This document shows, piece by piece, positions 27,797 through 38,279 of a stretch of DNA of 64,000 bases (position 1 is the stretch's first letter; the number at the start of each line of letters is the position of its first letter). Under the pieces are notes generated by a model. It searched no databases. It had not been told where the DNA came from and was given only the letters and a program-made list of their open reading frames with translations. Position numbers and translations under genes: made by a program. The DNA is from a virus (Duplodnaviria > Caudoviricetes), in the IMG/VR virus record IMGVR_UViG_3300028364_000013; one strand, written 5' to 3'.

Positions 27797-28231
27797 TTAT
27801 GAATTTTGTTTAAAGATTTCTGCAGACATTACAATAGAGCAATCTTCTTGAATTCCTTTTACTATAGCATCAATTGATTTCTTAAATCCTTGAATATCTA
27901 CTTCACCGTTTTGGTCTAAGTAATTTTTCAAAAACAATTTACATTCAAGAGAATTAATCATTGACGTATCTATTTCTGATATATGAACAGTTTCAACAGT
28001 ATGGTCATGTATATTATTTTTTTCAAGTGTATAGATACCACACCCATCTGACTCAAAGCCTTTATTTCTAAGTGACTTTTGAACTCCTGCAGCAGCGCTA
28101 TACTTAGATGGTGGGTCAACAGTTACTTCAATAGAGTATAGACTATCCTTAACTCTAACTCCACCTTGTTCAATACCCATAGAGTATTCGTCCTCAATAG
28201 TTTCTAATAGTGTTCTAAAATCTTCAAACAT
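27797..28231 (-). CDS. Hypothetical protein
   Basis: After class B promoter 28252. Confidence 0.8.
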   Translation of the reverse strand: MFEDFRTLLETIEDEYSMGIEQGGVRVKDSLYSIEVTVDPPSKYSAAAGVQKSLRNKGFESDGCGIYTLEKNNIHDHTVETVHISEIDTSMINSLECKLFLKNYLDQNGEVDIQGFKKSIDAIVKGIQEDCSIVMSAEIFKQNS

Positions 28232-28303
28232 AGTTAATTATTTATAATCTATTATACGCAAGAAATTTAGAAATGTTCTAAAATTTATCTTATAAAAGTT
28301 TAA

Positions 28304-29383
28304 TTAGTATTTAAGCTTCACCACTTTGGATACAATATCATTCCAGATTAATTCAGCTTCTTTACGCCTTGTCCTATGCGTGTTGCAATTAAAACACTGA
28401 CTCTCTTTACCAGATAGAAATTCGTAGCTAACACTTTTTGTGTATCCTGTCGTAATGAATTCTTCGAATCTAAGTTCTATCTTATCCTGGATGCCTTGGT
28501 CTAACAGAAATTTAAAAGTTTTCTGTATCATCTCAGATTTAGACTTAGATTTTCCATCTCTCATTTTACCAAGTTCTTCCAGTGGATTATTAGATACGAA
28601 ATAATAGAAAGGAGTGTTTCTAACACCTTTAATATACACTCCGAATACAGCGTGCATATTTTTATTCCAAATGTCTATAGAGGGTTCGAAATCACTTTGT
28701 ACAGAAATCTTATCTCTAAGTATAGAAATTTCCTCTGACATTTCAATAACATCTCTACCAAAGCTCATAATCTTCTGGTTCTTTTTATCAATTTCGCATT
28801 GCAATTTTTTCTCTTTATCAATGAGCCTTCCTATTCTCTTAGAGATTCTTCCTATCTCCTTATAACCTTCTTTAATCATTTTTTCGAACTTCATCTCACT
28901 ATCGTTAAGTCTTTGTTCTATTGAGCGTATTTTTAAATTGGTATAGTCATACTCTTCTTTAACAAGATGTAAGTCTATATGACTATCGTAGTCCTTAAAT
29001 TTAACTCCAGTCATCTCTAACTTTCCATACTGGTTTTCAATAAGGTGATTTACTTTTTCAAAGTCAAATTCTTTTGTAAGATGTTTTTTGGATAAACCCA
29101 GTTTATTGGATGGAATAGAGGAATTATATTTTGGCTTGAACTTACCTATGAAATATGCCTCCAAGTTATTTAGGTGGATGTTGTCTTCAACTATTATGTA
29201 AGCTACTCCATCAAAAGTTTTATCATTGTGCCCGCCAAAAGACCTTGATATTACGTTAAGGGATTGTCCAACGTAAACAACTCTATTATCGTGTACGAGA
29301 AAGTATATACCAGAGCCTCCACTAATATTAGAATCCTTAGATGATGAAATAACATCCTTATGATTTACTTTTGTTATTGCCAT
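28304..29383 (-). CDS. GIY-YIG nuclease-domain protein with coiled coil
   Basis: SGIYFLVHDNRVVYVGQS N-terminus; LEAYFIGKFKPKYN. Confidence 0.7.
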   Translation of the reverse strand: MAITKVNHKDVISSSKDSNISGGSGIYFLVHDNRVVYVGQSLNVISRSFGGHNDKTFDGVAYIIVEDNIHLNNLEAYFIGKFKPKYNSSIPSNKLGLSKKHLTKEFDFEKVNHLIENQYGKLEMTGVKFKDYDSHIDLHLVKEEYDYTNLKIRSIEQRLNDSEMKFEKMIKEGYKEIGRISKRIGRLIDKEKKLQCEIDKKNQKIMSFGRDVIEMSEEISILRDKISVQSDFEPSIDIWNKNMHAVFGVYIKGVRNTPFYYFVSNNPLEELGKMRDGKSKSKSEMIQKTFKFLLDQGIQDKIELRFEEFITTGYTKSVSYEFLSGKESQCFNCNTHRTRRKEAELIWNDIVSKVVKLKY

Positions 29384-30411
29384 GCCTTATTATAAATTTC
29401 ACAATTATGAATTGCCATAACCACATCTCTCATAGAATAGAATCTATATCTACTGCTTCCTCCATCATTGTCATAATCATATTCAGCATTAGGATTTTCT
29501 TCAGCACAAGTTTCTTGTGGGTGGGCTACATAATCTTTCTTAGCGTAATGTTCTTTTAATTCTGACACTGGATAGTATTTCATACTAAACAAAGCGTAGG
29601 CATCAGAGTAATCTGCTGGACAAATTGCATACTTTACTTCCCCATTGTTATCAGATAGATAAATTACTTTAAACTTTGGATTTATGTTTTCACTGGATAC
29701 TGTCAGTTTTTTATCTGCCTTATCAATAATATTTTGAAGTCTTGTCTCTATTGTTATAAAGTCAATCACTTTAATTTCATCTACGAAAAAGTTTCTTGGA
29801 TAGTCACTATTAGATTTTGTGTATCCGCTTATGTGCAATGCTTCAACTTTACCTGCACCAACAAAGTTTATAGGATATATAACTCTTTCGCTTCCTTTGT
29901 ATGTTATGTTAATATAAGAGTTTTCATCTATGGCTTTTTGAATTGAATCAATTGTATTTTTTACTTGCTTTGTTATTATGAATTCTCTTACTGGAGCTTT
30001 TGGTTTTGGCTTGGGTTTAATTATTTCTTCAAAAGCCTTGCATGCATCAATTGTATTTTTAATTTCTTTTCTTGATTGCTCCAGCAGTATTGTTAATTTG
30101 TCACGTTTCTTGTTTACAATATATTCATCTACCTCTTTAGTTTTATCAAAAGCCTGTTCAAGCATTTCTTGAAGTTTACAGTTCTCTCTGTAGTTAAAAT
30201 CTTTTATAAGGATTGACTGCTCCTTTAGGAGTGTTTTAAGTTTGCTACAGTTTTCTTCGAGGTGTGACAAGAAGTAATCTTCACTATGGGAACAACTATA
30301 CTTATTTGCATATGTTTCTTTACCAGTTCTCTTATACATTAGATTATCGAACATCGTTATTTTGGAACGTGTTCCATTGTATATTTTAAAGAAATAATTG
30401 CTTAAATTCAT
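29374..30411 (-). CDS. Coiled-coil plus WYL-like domain protein
   Basis: INITYKGSERVIYP...RNFFVDEI resembles the WYL fold pattern. Confidence 0.55.
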   Translation of the reverse strand: MNLSNYFFKIYNGTRSKITMFDNLMYKRTGKETYANKYSCSHSEDYFLSHLEENCSKLKTLLKEQSILIKDFNYRENCKLQEMLEQAFDKTKEVDEYIVNKKRDKLTILLEQSRKEIKNTIDACKAFEEIIKPKPKPKAPVREFIITKQVKNTIDSIQKAIDENSYINITYKGSERVIYPINFVGAGKVEALHISGYTKSNSDYPRNFFVDEIKVIDFITIETRLQNIIDKADKKLTVSSENINPKFKVIYLSDNNGEVKYAICPADYSDAYALFSMKYYPVSELKEHYAKKDYVAHPQETCAEENPNAEYDYDNDGGSSRYRFYSMRDVVMAIHNCEIYNKAWQ

Positions 30412-30534
30412 ATATTATTATACGCAAGAAATTTAGAAATGTTCTATTTTTATGACACAACAGCCTCTTTCTCTTTGCTAAGATAGAATTCTTTGTGCAT
30501 GTTTTTTATAAAATTCATTGTTGTAATTTTTTTG

Positions 30535-30804
30535 TTAAAGTCTTACCTTACTCTTAAGAGAGGTTTTGATGGTATCGTACTTGCTTTCAAACAACAGAGG
30601 GAAGTTTGATGGCATGGCAGTTTCTTCTATGACTGTTTCATAAAAGTATCTTCTTTCAGTGTCTGGGTCTTCTATTCTTGAAAGGCTCACGCTTTCTTCT
30701 ACAGTATAAGTGTATGTGTTTGTGTTTCCTTTGGTCCATGCTATTAGGTGAATCATAAAAACGCCTATGACCAATGACAATAATGTTCTATTTAAGTTTT
30801 TCAT
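30535..30804 (-). CDS. Hypothetical membrane/secreted protein
   Basis: N-terminal hydrophobic helix. Confidence 0.7.
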   Translation of the reverse strand: MKNLNRTLLSLVIGVFMIHLIAWTKGNTNTYTYTVEESVSLSRIEDPDTERRYFYETVIEETAMPSNFPLLFESKYDTIKTSLKSKVRL

Positions 30805-30808
30805 AATT

Positions 30809-31624
30809 TTATCTTCTTCTGGTGTAACGTGTGTTCCAAACTTCATCTGAAGTTCTATTATAAAGTTTCATGTCGCCATCATTAAACATAATGAGCAGAG
30901 TAAGCATTGACATTCCAAATGACATAAGCAAAATCCAAATCAAGTTTAAATATTGATGCCATTCTCCAGTGAATCCATTGAATAATACTCCAAACACTGT
31001 TGATATGATTACAGTCCATGCAGACATTAATACTGAAGTCATTGATGATGTTGATTCATAGAATATTCCCTTAAGTCTTCTTAGGGATGAGAACTCTTCT
31101 TTTCCCCACTTGTGAATGAAGACAAACTTTTCTAATTCACCACGCTCTGTTCTAACTTTGTACACAAGTATTAGGTCTGTCTTGGCTGATGGCTTTGCAT
31201 CTGAGTACTCCAGGTCGAATGAGTTCTCTGGAGCGATGATGTAGAATGACTCACTTACTGCTCCAATCTCTGGGTGCTCGGCTACAAATGCCTTAAGCTT
31301 TTCAGCAACTTCTGTATCGAGGTCTCCTCTAAAGTGTTTTGTTGGCAAGAGTCTAAGGTCATACTTAATGCATATATCCTTAATCTCTTCTTCAGTAAAT
31401 ACAAAGCCCTTATAGGTATCTTCAAGGTTCTTTCTATCTATCTCAAGTCCTTTGATTTTCTCAGCTTCCTTAATGTCGTGGTCAAGACCAGTTCTTTTAA
31501 GGATTTCTCTATCACCGTCTTCTCCAGACATAAGAAGTTTAACTGAAGGAACGTTCTCTGTCTTATCAACAGACATTTGTCTCTTACTTTCCAGTTCTTC
31601 CTTTATTCCTTTTATTTCGCTCAT
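30809..31624 (-). CDS. Hypothetical membrane protein
   Basis: Two C-terminal TM helices. Confidence 0.8.
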   Translation of the reverse strand: MSEIKGIKEELESKRQMSVDKTENVPSVKLLMSGEDGDREILKRTGLDHDIKEAEKIKGLEIDRKNLEDTYKGFVFTEEEIKDICIKYDLRLLPTKHFRGDLDTEVAEKLKAFVAEHPEIGAVSESFYIIAPENSFDLEYSDAKPSAKTDLILVYKVRTERGELEKFVFIHKWGKEEFSSLRRLKGIFYESTSSMTSVLMSAWTVIISTVFGVLFNGFTGEWHQYLNLIWILLMSFGMSMLTLLIMFNDGDMKLYNRTSDEVWNTRYTRRR

Positions 31625-31731
31625 AATTTTGTTTTTATAACCACTGTACAATCATGCACAATAGCATTATTATTTAACATACGACTAACACTGTTATCGT
31701 GTTGTCTTTTGGTTCTTTATTTTTCATCGTG

Positions 31732-32142
31732 TTATTTTAAAATAATTCCTCTATATGATTCCCTTTTTAGGAATATAAAACCATCTTCTTTTGCATACAC
31801 CATAAGAGAGCATTCTCCTTTGTAATGTTCACCTGGGTCAACTCTTGAGTAAACCTTTGTCAATGCGCCAGAATGGTCATAGAATAAATCCTCATTAAGG
31901 ATAAGCATTTTATATTTAAGTCTTCCATCATCTGACTCTACAGGCTCATATATGAAGCAGCTGATTACATCCTCTTCTAATATAATCTTTCTACCGATTA
32001 AGTCGCATTCATCACAACCGAGATAGTGTGGGAATTCTGACAAATTAATTCGTTTATCCAATTCTTTTATTAGACCACCGACTTCGCTTGGTTTATATTC
32101 TCCAGCAAGGTCTGATATATCAATTGTCTTTTCCTTCTTCAT
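31732..32142 (-). CDS. Hypothetical protein
   Basis: ORF track. Confidence 0.75.
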   Translation of the reverse strand: MKKEKTIDISDLAGEYKPSEVGGLIKELDKRINLSEFPHYLGCDECDLIGRKIILEEDVISCFIYEPVESDDGRLKYKMLILNEDLFYDHSGALTKVYSRVDPGEHYKGECSLMVYAKEDGFIFLKRESYRGIILK

Positions 32143-32782
32143 CTTGTTCTAATTTGTATAGATAATCAAACTCCTTTGCCTTAAACTTTTCCTTAAGCTC
32201 TTCGACTGTGAAAGTTTCCAATGTGCTTATGTTTGTAATCTTCACATTATCTTTCGCCTTATCATGTGAAATGAATCCTTTTATGTTTTCTATAATTTCT
32301 CTCATGGCTTCTTCTTGTGTTTCATGTCCTACAAATAAATTACCTGTCAATGACTTGCAATGTTCTTCAAGTTCCTTCTGTGTCTTTTTAGCTATAGAAT
32401 CTCCAGTGTACTTGTAATAAGTAAAGTTTTCTATGAGTATGACTTGCTCTACAATGTAGTATGTCTTGTATGCATTATCATTAAGACTCCATCTATCATA
32501 CTTGTGGATTAGGAACTCCAGCGTCCTAACGTGCTCCTGGCTTTTTATCATGAATAAAAATCCAATCAAGAATGTTAGAGTTGGGATAATAGACAAAAGG
32601 AACAATGCTACCATATCTTTGAGTGGCATGCTCCAGAATCCTGTGTTGATGGATGCGACAATCATGAATGTGCTCCACGAAATTAATAGAATTATCCAGA
32701 CTGTTGTACAGACGATTTCACGAGCATCCCTCTTTCTTGTTTCTCCTGGGAGAATATAACCTTTTCCTACTTTTGTTTCCAT
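32120..32782 (-). CDS. Hypothetical membrane protein
   Basis: Two N-terminal TM helices. Confidence 0.8.
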   Translation of the reverse strand: METKVGKGYILPGETRKRDAREIVCTTVWIILLISWSTFMIVASINTGFWSMPLKDMVALFLLSIIPTLTFLIGFLFMIKSQEHVRTLEFLIHKYDRWSLNDNAYKTYYIVEQVILIENFTYYKYTGDSIAKKTQKELEEHCKSLTGNLFVGHETQEEAMREIIENIKGFISHDKAKDNVKITNISTLETFTVEELKEKFKAKEFDYLYKLEQDEEGKDN

Positions 32783-32784
32783 AA

Positions 32785-33147
32785 TTATTTGTTTCTACAA
32801 AGCCCTGTACAATTGCATTGTCTAACATTATCTCCATAGCAGAAATCTTTTCCTACTACTTCAACTGCAGTTACTCTGTCTATGTCAATTTTAGCTTGTT
32901 GTCCTTTTTTGAATATGTCTATAACAACTTCGGACCACATGTTTCTTTCAATCCTTTCAGCTTCACCAACAAAGGTTCCATCTAAGTCAATAAACTTCAC
33001 TCTAACCCATGTCAATAGTCTTCTAAAATTAGAATCCCTCTTGTAGGCTGTTTCGTAATTATAGCTTTGATTGGTAGAGATAACTTTTCCTGTAGTAACA
33101 TCAACAAGATAAGGCACCTCAACAAGTTGTCCTTCTTTTATTTCCAT
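32785..33147 (-). CDS. Hypothetical protein
   Basis: ORF track. Confidence 0.75.
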   Translation of the reverse strand: MEIKEGQLVEVPYLVDVTTGKVISTNQSYNYETAYKRDSNFRRLLTWVRVKFIDLDGTFVGEAERIERNMWSEVVIDIFKKGQQAKIDIDRVTAVEVVGKDFCYGDNVRQCNCTGLCRNK

Positions 33148-33716
33148 TATTCGAATTCTTGGTCAATTATTTTTTGAATGAAGGCTGGTTTGGCAACTTT
33201 TATTAGCATCCACCCACATGTCTCAGCGTTTTCTATTCTACGCAAATAATCATTTACACATCTTTCTCTTGCGTTGCACTCTGTAATGTACTTAGATAGT
33301 TTGTTGGTATAATTCTCCAGTACTCCATTGAACTTTAACTCTGGATACTTAATCATAAGTGCGCTTATGTTTTCCACATCACTTGGATTCATGTTCTTGA
33401 ACATTTCCTTTTCGTAATCTGGGTACAGCTTGGTCAAGGAGTCGGTTATCTCATCCTTATATTCACTCATCTCTTTCTTAATGGACTTAACATCTCTTAG
33501 GTTCTCTTTGATTTCGTTGAAGTGTCTGTTTATCTCATTTCTAAACTCCATGTTACGAAATGCTGATATGATAAGAGTAACGGTGCTTGCTATTAGTCCT
33601 ATGACTCCTACAGTAATTGCAGCGTTCCACCAATTGCCAGCAGGCAAGAAAGTACCAGTAGTAAATCCTACTGCGGATATGAATGCGAATAATAGTATTG
33701 TGTAGATAAAATTCAT
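33147..33716 (-). CDS. Hypothetical membrane protein with coiled coil
   Basis: After class B promoter 33739. Confidence 0.8.
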   Translation of the reverse strand: MNFIYTILLFAFISAVGFTTGTFLPAGNWWNAAITVGVIGLIASTVTLIISAFRNMEFRNEINRHFNEIKENLRDVKSIKKEMSEYKDEITDSLTKLYPDYEKEMFKNMNPSDVENISALMIKYPELKFNGVLENYTNKLSKYITECNARERCVNDYLRRIENAETCGWMLIKVAKPAFIQKIIDQEFE

Positions 33717-33768
33717 TGTGTAGTTTTTTAGTTATGCGTTATACGTTCTAAATTTAGAAATGTTCTAT

Positions 33769-34239
33769 TTAATCCATTCCAATTATAATCTTATGGTTCT
33801 TCATAAGGAATTCTTTTGCTTTCTTCGGGTCTTTTACTTTATCTCCAAGGAGTTTAATTACTTGTGTAATGATTCTCTCGCCTCTATCCTCCATCTTTCT
33901 AAATTTATGGTTAAGAAGCGTTTCACCGAAATCAAGCACTCTCTTGGGAACTTGTTCCTCTGGGAGTCTATTACTTTCTGCTCCAGCTGATTGCTTCAAG
34001 TAAAGTCTCAGGCACATATCTAATTTATTGTCGGTAAGGAACTCATATCTATTATCTTCAGTGTCTATTGAATACTTCTTCATCTTCCTAAGGAAGTCAC
34101 TTGAGTGGTTTCCGTGTCCATCGTATGCCATTCCAGTTGCAACAGCTTTAAGTGGTTCACGAGAGTAGTGGGACAATCTGTATATTACAAATATCTCATC
34201 ACCAATTCTATATATGTAACTTGCCTTATGCTTTCTCAT
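33769..34239 (-). CDS. Hypothetical protein
   Basis: ORF track. Confidence 0.75.
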   Translation of the reverse strand: MRKHKASYIYRIGDEIFVIYRLSHYSREPLKAVATGMAYDGHGNHSSDFLRKMKKYSIDTEDNRYEFLTDNKLDMCLRLYLKQSAGAESNRLPEEQVPKRVLDFGETLLNHKFRKMEDRGERIITQVIKLLGDKVKDPKKAKEFLMKNHKIIIGMD

Positions 34240-34319
34240 TATTTACTAAATTGTTCAGTGTCAAAAATTTTATACCTAAAAGGCCTTCGGCTTGCCAAAA
34301 TGATTAAAATTTCTATGGT

Positions 34320-34847
34320 TCAATTTTTAGAGGATTTCTTTAAAAAGTTTTCCTCAATATTTTTTTTGTTTGCGTGTTCTAACATCTGCTCATTCAAAAA
34401 CCATTCATCAATAAATTCAGCCACTCTTTTTCTTAATTCTTTTATCTTCAACTCTTTATCATCATCTTCAAGGTTAGAAGCTATTCTTGGATATACATCA
34501 TATAGATTAAAAAGAACAAGGTTTGCATCAAAACCATCTTTATCTAAATCACCCATAAAACGATACCAATCAAAACTAATTCCAATAGACATATCGGTTT
34601 CAATCATAACAACATTGCCATCAGAAGAATTAACAATTTCTTCAATCTCTTCTTGTGTAAGTTTTTCTTCTTTATAATGCAACCTACTCAACAGATAATC
34701 AATAGTATGCTTAATGCTATTATTAAGGTCAATATTTACGTCTTCTATTCCTGCAAGTTCATTAATCATTCTTTCATATAAAAAGACTTTGAAGTCATTT
34801 ATAAACAAATCAATTATAAATTCTTTTTCCCTTCTACTGTGGTACAT
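34320..34847 (-). CDS. Hypothetical protein
   Basis: After class B promoter 34888. Confidence 0.75.
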   Translation of the reverse strand: MYHSRREKEFIIDLFINDFKVFLYERMINELAGIEDVNIDLNNSIKHTIDYLLSRLHYKEEKLTQEEIEEIVNSSDGNVVMIETDMSIGISFDWYRFMGDLDKDGFDANLVLFNLYDVYPRIASNLEDDDKELKIKELRKRVAEFIDEWFLNEQMLEHANKKNIEENFLKKSSKN

Positions 34848-35051
34848 ATTTTATAGTTTAATTTTTTATTATTTATTTACCGTTTTATTATACGTTTCTA
34901 AACTTAGAATGTTCTATTTTTCCCCCGCTTATTTATGGAATAGTGTTTAAAACTTTTGAGAATTCAGCTATTGGTGAATCGTCTAATTAATCAACAGTTG
35001 TGTGGTTTTTCTTATTTCTCCTGGCTATTAGCCAGTCTGTTAATTTTTCTA

Positions 35052-35297
35052 TCATACGTCAAATCCTTCAATCTTCAGCTTATCGTAAGCAATCTTTACA
35101 AGTTGTTCATGAGAGAACAATTTGCTCATGCTATCGTAGCTTGTTCCTGTAAGCAATTCGAAAGACTCTTCCTTAAGATTTGTCTTTTGCTGTTCTGTTA
35201 AAGTTTCATACCAAGTCATTGACTCAGTGCCTTCAAGAGCGTCATCCACAGGGCTCATTGCTCCTAATGATAACGAAAGTGCTGTTAATATTTTCAT
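35052..35297 (-). CDS. Hypothetical protein
   Basis: ORF track. Confidence 0.65.
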   Translation of the reverse strand: MKILTALSLSLGAMSPVDDALEGTESMTWYETLTEQQKTNLKEESFELLTGTSYDSMSKLFSHEQLVKIAYDKLKIEGFDV

Positions 35298-35337
35298 GTT
35301 ATTTTTTTTTAAAAACGGTTATTTGTTTTTAAGTTAA

Positions 35338-35979
35338 TTAATTTTCAAAATAATTATCACACATACCACAGTGCCACATATCATTACACATATATTCAGT
35401 GTATGTACTGCCACAATCACACATAACTCCAGGAATAGTTGGTTCGCCAGAAATCATATAATCTTTAACTTCAACTTCAGATTTTCCTATTTCTCCTGGA
35501 ACTAATCTTCCATCTTGCTGCACGCTGTACGATTGATACGGTTCGAGTTTCTGAATGTCTGTGTTTAGATTAACTAAAAAATCAAAATACTTCTCTGCAT
35601 CTTTTCTTAGCATTTCATCAGATTTATCCCATTTTTTAATCACTGCATCAATTGAATAATTGTATTGTTCATATATTTCATCATGATATGTTCTATCAGG
35701 AGCTATATGTCCAATTTTTTTGAATTCAATTTTCATTACATCAGGTGTATTAAAATTTAAAATATCTTTTCCATAAGATTCATCTACAGCATCAACAATT
35801 TTTTCAATAAAATCGTCTTCATCACTATATAATTTTTCACCTTCTTCAGAATCAAAAAATTCATCCCTTTCATCTTCATTAGTAAAAGCATTTCTTATCT
35901 TTTCTCTTTTTATGTTTAATAAAACAGCGTTTTTAAAAAGAGAAAAGATATAATCATTAAATTTAAGTTTTGAGTTCAT
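35338..35979 (-). CDS. Hypothetical acidic protein with C-terminal CxC..CxxC motif
   Basis: Starts 2 nt after the PARP stop. Confidence 0.8.
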   Translation of the reverse strand: MNSKLKFNDYIFSLFKNAVLLNIKREKIRNAFTNEDERDEFFDSEEGEKLYSDEDDFIEKIVDAVDESYGKDILNFNTPDVMKIEFKKIGHIAPDRTYHDEIYEQYNYSIDAVIKKWDKSDEMLRKDAEKYFDFLVNLNTDIQKLEPYQSYSVQQDGRLVPGEIGKSEVEVKDYMISGEPTIPGVMCDCGSTYTEYMCNDMWHCGMCDNYFEN

Positions 35980-35981
35980 TT

Positions 35982-37259
35982 TTAGTTATTAAGTTCAACA
36001 ATGTAAGCAATCGTGCATCTCTTTGATTCATAGACAATAATCTCATCATTATACAAAGAGCTTCCAGCGTGTGCGAAAGTACAATCGTAATCACCTTTGC
36101 TATCAAGTTTGCTTTGACAAAGACTTGAGTCTGATGAAGTTACATCATATTGTCTTCCTATGTGTACATCAAACAAAGCCAAGTATCCTTTATTGTCATT
36201 TCCTCTTGCCCAGTAAGAGCCAGAAAGAGATGAATATCCAATAGACTTCTGTGCTTTGTTGGAAAAGTAAATACCATCACCAAACATTGACCCTGTGTGT
36301 TGAACACCAGATGGACGAATAAGAAGTCCAGTCTGAATAATGTTAAACCAGTTCTCATTTCTTGAACCGTGCCACAATAGCAATCTATTTTTTAAATTGG
36401 CATTGGCATAGTGTGCATCAAACTTTGCTTGAGTTGATTTATTTACACACTTGAACAGTCTGCTTAATTGATTTGCGTTATTTCCAAGCAATTTCTTTAC
36501 AAGAGCAATTGCTTTTGGGTCTTTCTCTTCTGTAACTTCAAGCCCCATCTTATCAAGAAGGTCTGGCGCTGCTTTGACTTCATCCTCTTCTTCCTCATCT
36601 TCATCAGATGCGTTTTGAGTAATCATTGCCACCTGACCAGCCATTGTATCAAGAATAGACTGCTCATTGGCAATGAAGTCTTTCATTTCTTCAATGGTGT
36701 AATCATCTTCATTTAGCAAGAAGTCTTTAACGTTGCTCATCTTTCTTGGGATGGTAGCATAAAGTTCCAATAATTTTTCATTTATTGGCTCTATCTTATT
36801 TGCCTTGGTAGAATTGTTTCTCACAATTACTGCGGCAGCATCAATGATTGCTTGTGCGTTGTCAACCTGCTTCTGTGTTACATCTTCTTGTGTAATCTTA
36901 TAGTTGGCACCAATGGACTTGTTTGCGTATGCCATAAGGTCATCAAACAATGCTTGCACCTCTGCTTCAGAGATATTTACAATTCCAGTAGATTTTTGTG
37001 CTTGCTTAATTACAGCTTCATCAGTCTTGTCTACATAACCTTTTCGAGCTGAAGTCTTTTGGTTATATGTAGCATTCCACTTAGATGAAGATTTAACATC
37101 AACAGCCATTTTTGTACCAATCCTTCCATAGGTACATCTAATTGTTCCATTGGATTGCTCTTCCATTATGTAGACTTTGTTGGACTGACTTGTCTTTCCG
37201 TTGTCTACACTAACATGTATTAGTTTGGCATATCTCAGCCCGTCCTCTTTTGTTATCAT
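35982..37259 (-). CDS. Poly(ADP-ribose) polymerase-like protein (WGR + helical regulatory + catalytic)
   Basis: N-terminal SNKVY...YGRIG (WGR-like); LYATIP (PARP_reg-like); WHGSR...GSMFGDGIYFSNKAQKSIGY...NDEIIVY with H-Y-E triad. Confidence 0.88.
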   Translation of the reverse strand: MITKEDGLRYAKLIHVSVDNGKTSQSNKVYIMEEQSNGTIRCTYGRIGTKMAVDVKSSSKWNATYNQKTSARKGYVDKTDEAVIKQAQKSTGIVNISEAEVQALFDDLMAYANKSIGANYKITQEDVTQKQVDNAQAIIDAAAVIVRNNSTKANKIEPINEKLLELYATIPRKMSNVKDFLLNEDDYTIEEMKDFIANEQSILDTMAGQVAMITQNASDEDEEEEDEVKAAPDLLDKMGLEVTEEKDPKAIALVKKLLGNNANQLSRLFKCVNKSTQAKFDAHYANANLKNRLLLWHGSRNENWFNIIQTGLLIRPSGVQHTGSMFGDGIYFSNKAQKSIGYSSLSGSYWARGNDNKGYLALFDVHIGRQYDVTSSDSSLCQSKLDSKGDYDCTFAHAGSSLYNDEIIVYESKRCTIAYIVELNN

Positions 37260-37268
37260 TTGTGTGGT

Positions 37269-38087
37269 TTATATCAATTCTTTTTCTTTTAAGTAATCGT
37301 AAAGACAAGGTAAGTTCAATAAATATTGATTATGATATGTTGAACCTCCGTAGTAATCTCCTTCTCTAAATTCACGAACACTAACGCAATTGTTGGCAAT
37401 GTTCTTATATTGCAAGAATGATATTGATGGTGCTACTTTTTCAAGAAGCTCATCAAGTTCTGTCATTGAGTCTGGCGCTTTACTTGGAGACACAGAACCA
37501 GAATTGCCCCAGCAATCCTGCCAAGTTCCTCCAAGGCTCCATGAATCACCCTTAACAACCCCTTCTTCATTTGCATAAAGCTGATGCTCATCAGAAAACA
37601 TTTTCCATTCTGGCTTTCTCTGAACATTATAAGTTTTTTTGCTAAACTTTATCTTCTTATATTTTTCAATATCTTTGACCTCCATTATTTCATTAATAGA
37701 ATCAATTTTAGCATTCTCTATGGTGATTGCAGAGTCTTCATCTCTTCTGTGCGTGTCGTTCCAGATGCAAGCTTCTACGTTTGGATTCCAATAGTGAATT
37801 ATTACGTGTGATGGAAGCCTGTTTCTATCACAAGCAATTTCAAGAACCTTTTCAACATCTTTTCTTGTAAGAAATAACCCATCAAGAAAAGTATGTCTAT
37901 CAAACAAGCTGCTTCTATCTTTAATAAGCTCTTCCATGTTTTTATATCTTCCTCCTCTTGCTCCATGCAAATATTGGTCGCACTCAATTAAGTTGGCGAG
38001 TCTACCCATTTCCTTGTGAAGTATTTTGAATGCGGATGTCTTTCCGCTTCCTGGAAGTCCGACTGATATGTGTAATTCTCTATGCAT
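37269..38087 (-). CDS. AAA_33/polynucleotide-kinase-like P-loop kinase with C-terminal extension
   Basis: VGLPGSGKT Walker A at the N-terminus; after class B promoter 38107. Confidence 0.7.
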   Translation of the reverse strand: MHRELHISVGLPGSGKTSAFKILHKEMGRLANLIECDQYLHGARGGRYKNMEELIKDRSSLFDRHTFLDGLFLTRKDVEKVLEIACDRNRLPSHVIIHYWNPNVEACIWNDTHRRDEDSAITIENAKIDSINEIMEVKDIEKYKKIKFSKKTYNVQRKPEWKMFSDEHQLYANEEGVVKGDSWSLGGTWQDCWGNSGSVSPSKAPDSMTELDELLEKVAPSISFLQYKNIANNCVSVREFREGDYYGGSTYHNQYLLNLPCLYDYLKEKELI

Positions 38088-38169
38088 TAACGCTGTTGTT
38101 TGAAAGTTATACGAAAAAAAAAGAGGAATGTTCTAAAAACTTCCTCTTTTATTATATCTTGTAAAAACA

Positions 38170-38264
38170 ACCAAGTGGCTTACATGGCCAGTACCAGTTG
38201 CATGGTAGCAACCTAACACATGGAGAGTATCGACCTCCCTTTAACCAAAATCAGCCTACTTGGT
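38170..38264 (-). ncRNA. Candidate multi-stem structured RNA
   Basis: Outer stem ACCAAGT-A-GGCT/AGCC-ACTTGGT enclosing GGGAG/CTCTC and GTTGC/GCAAC hairpins; no ORF. Confidence 0.45.
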
Positions 38265-38279
38265 ATATCTTTAAGCTTC

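Noticed and set aside
34105-35201. + strand ORFs 34105-34677 and 34956-35201, and similar antisense ORFs across both arms
   Set aside because: They overlap better-supported opposite-strand genes, have low-complexity F/L/S composition and lack promoters.
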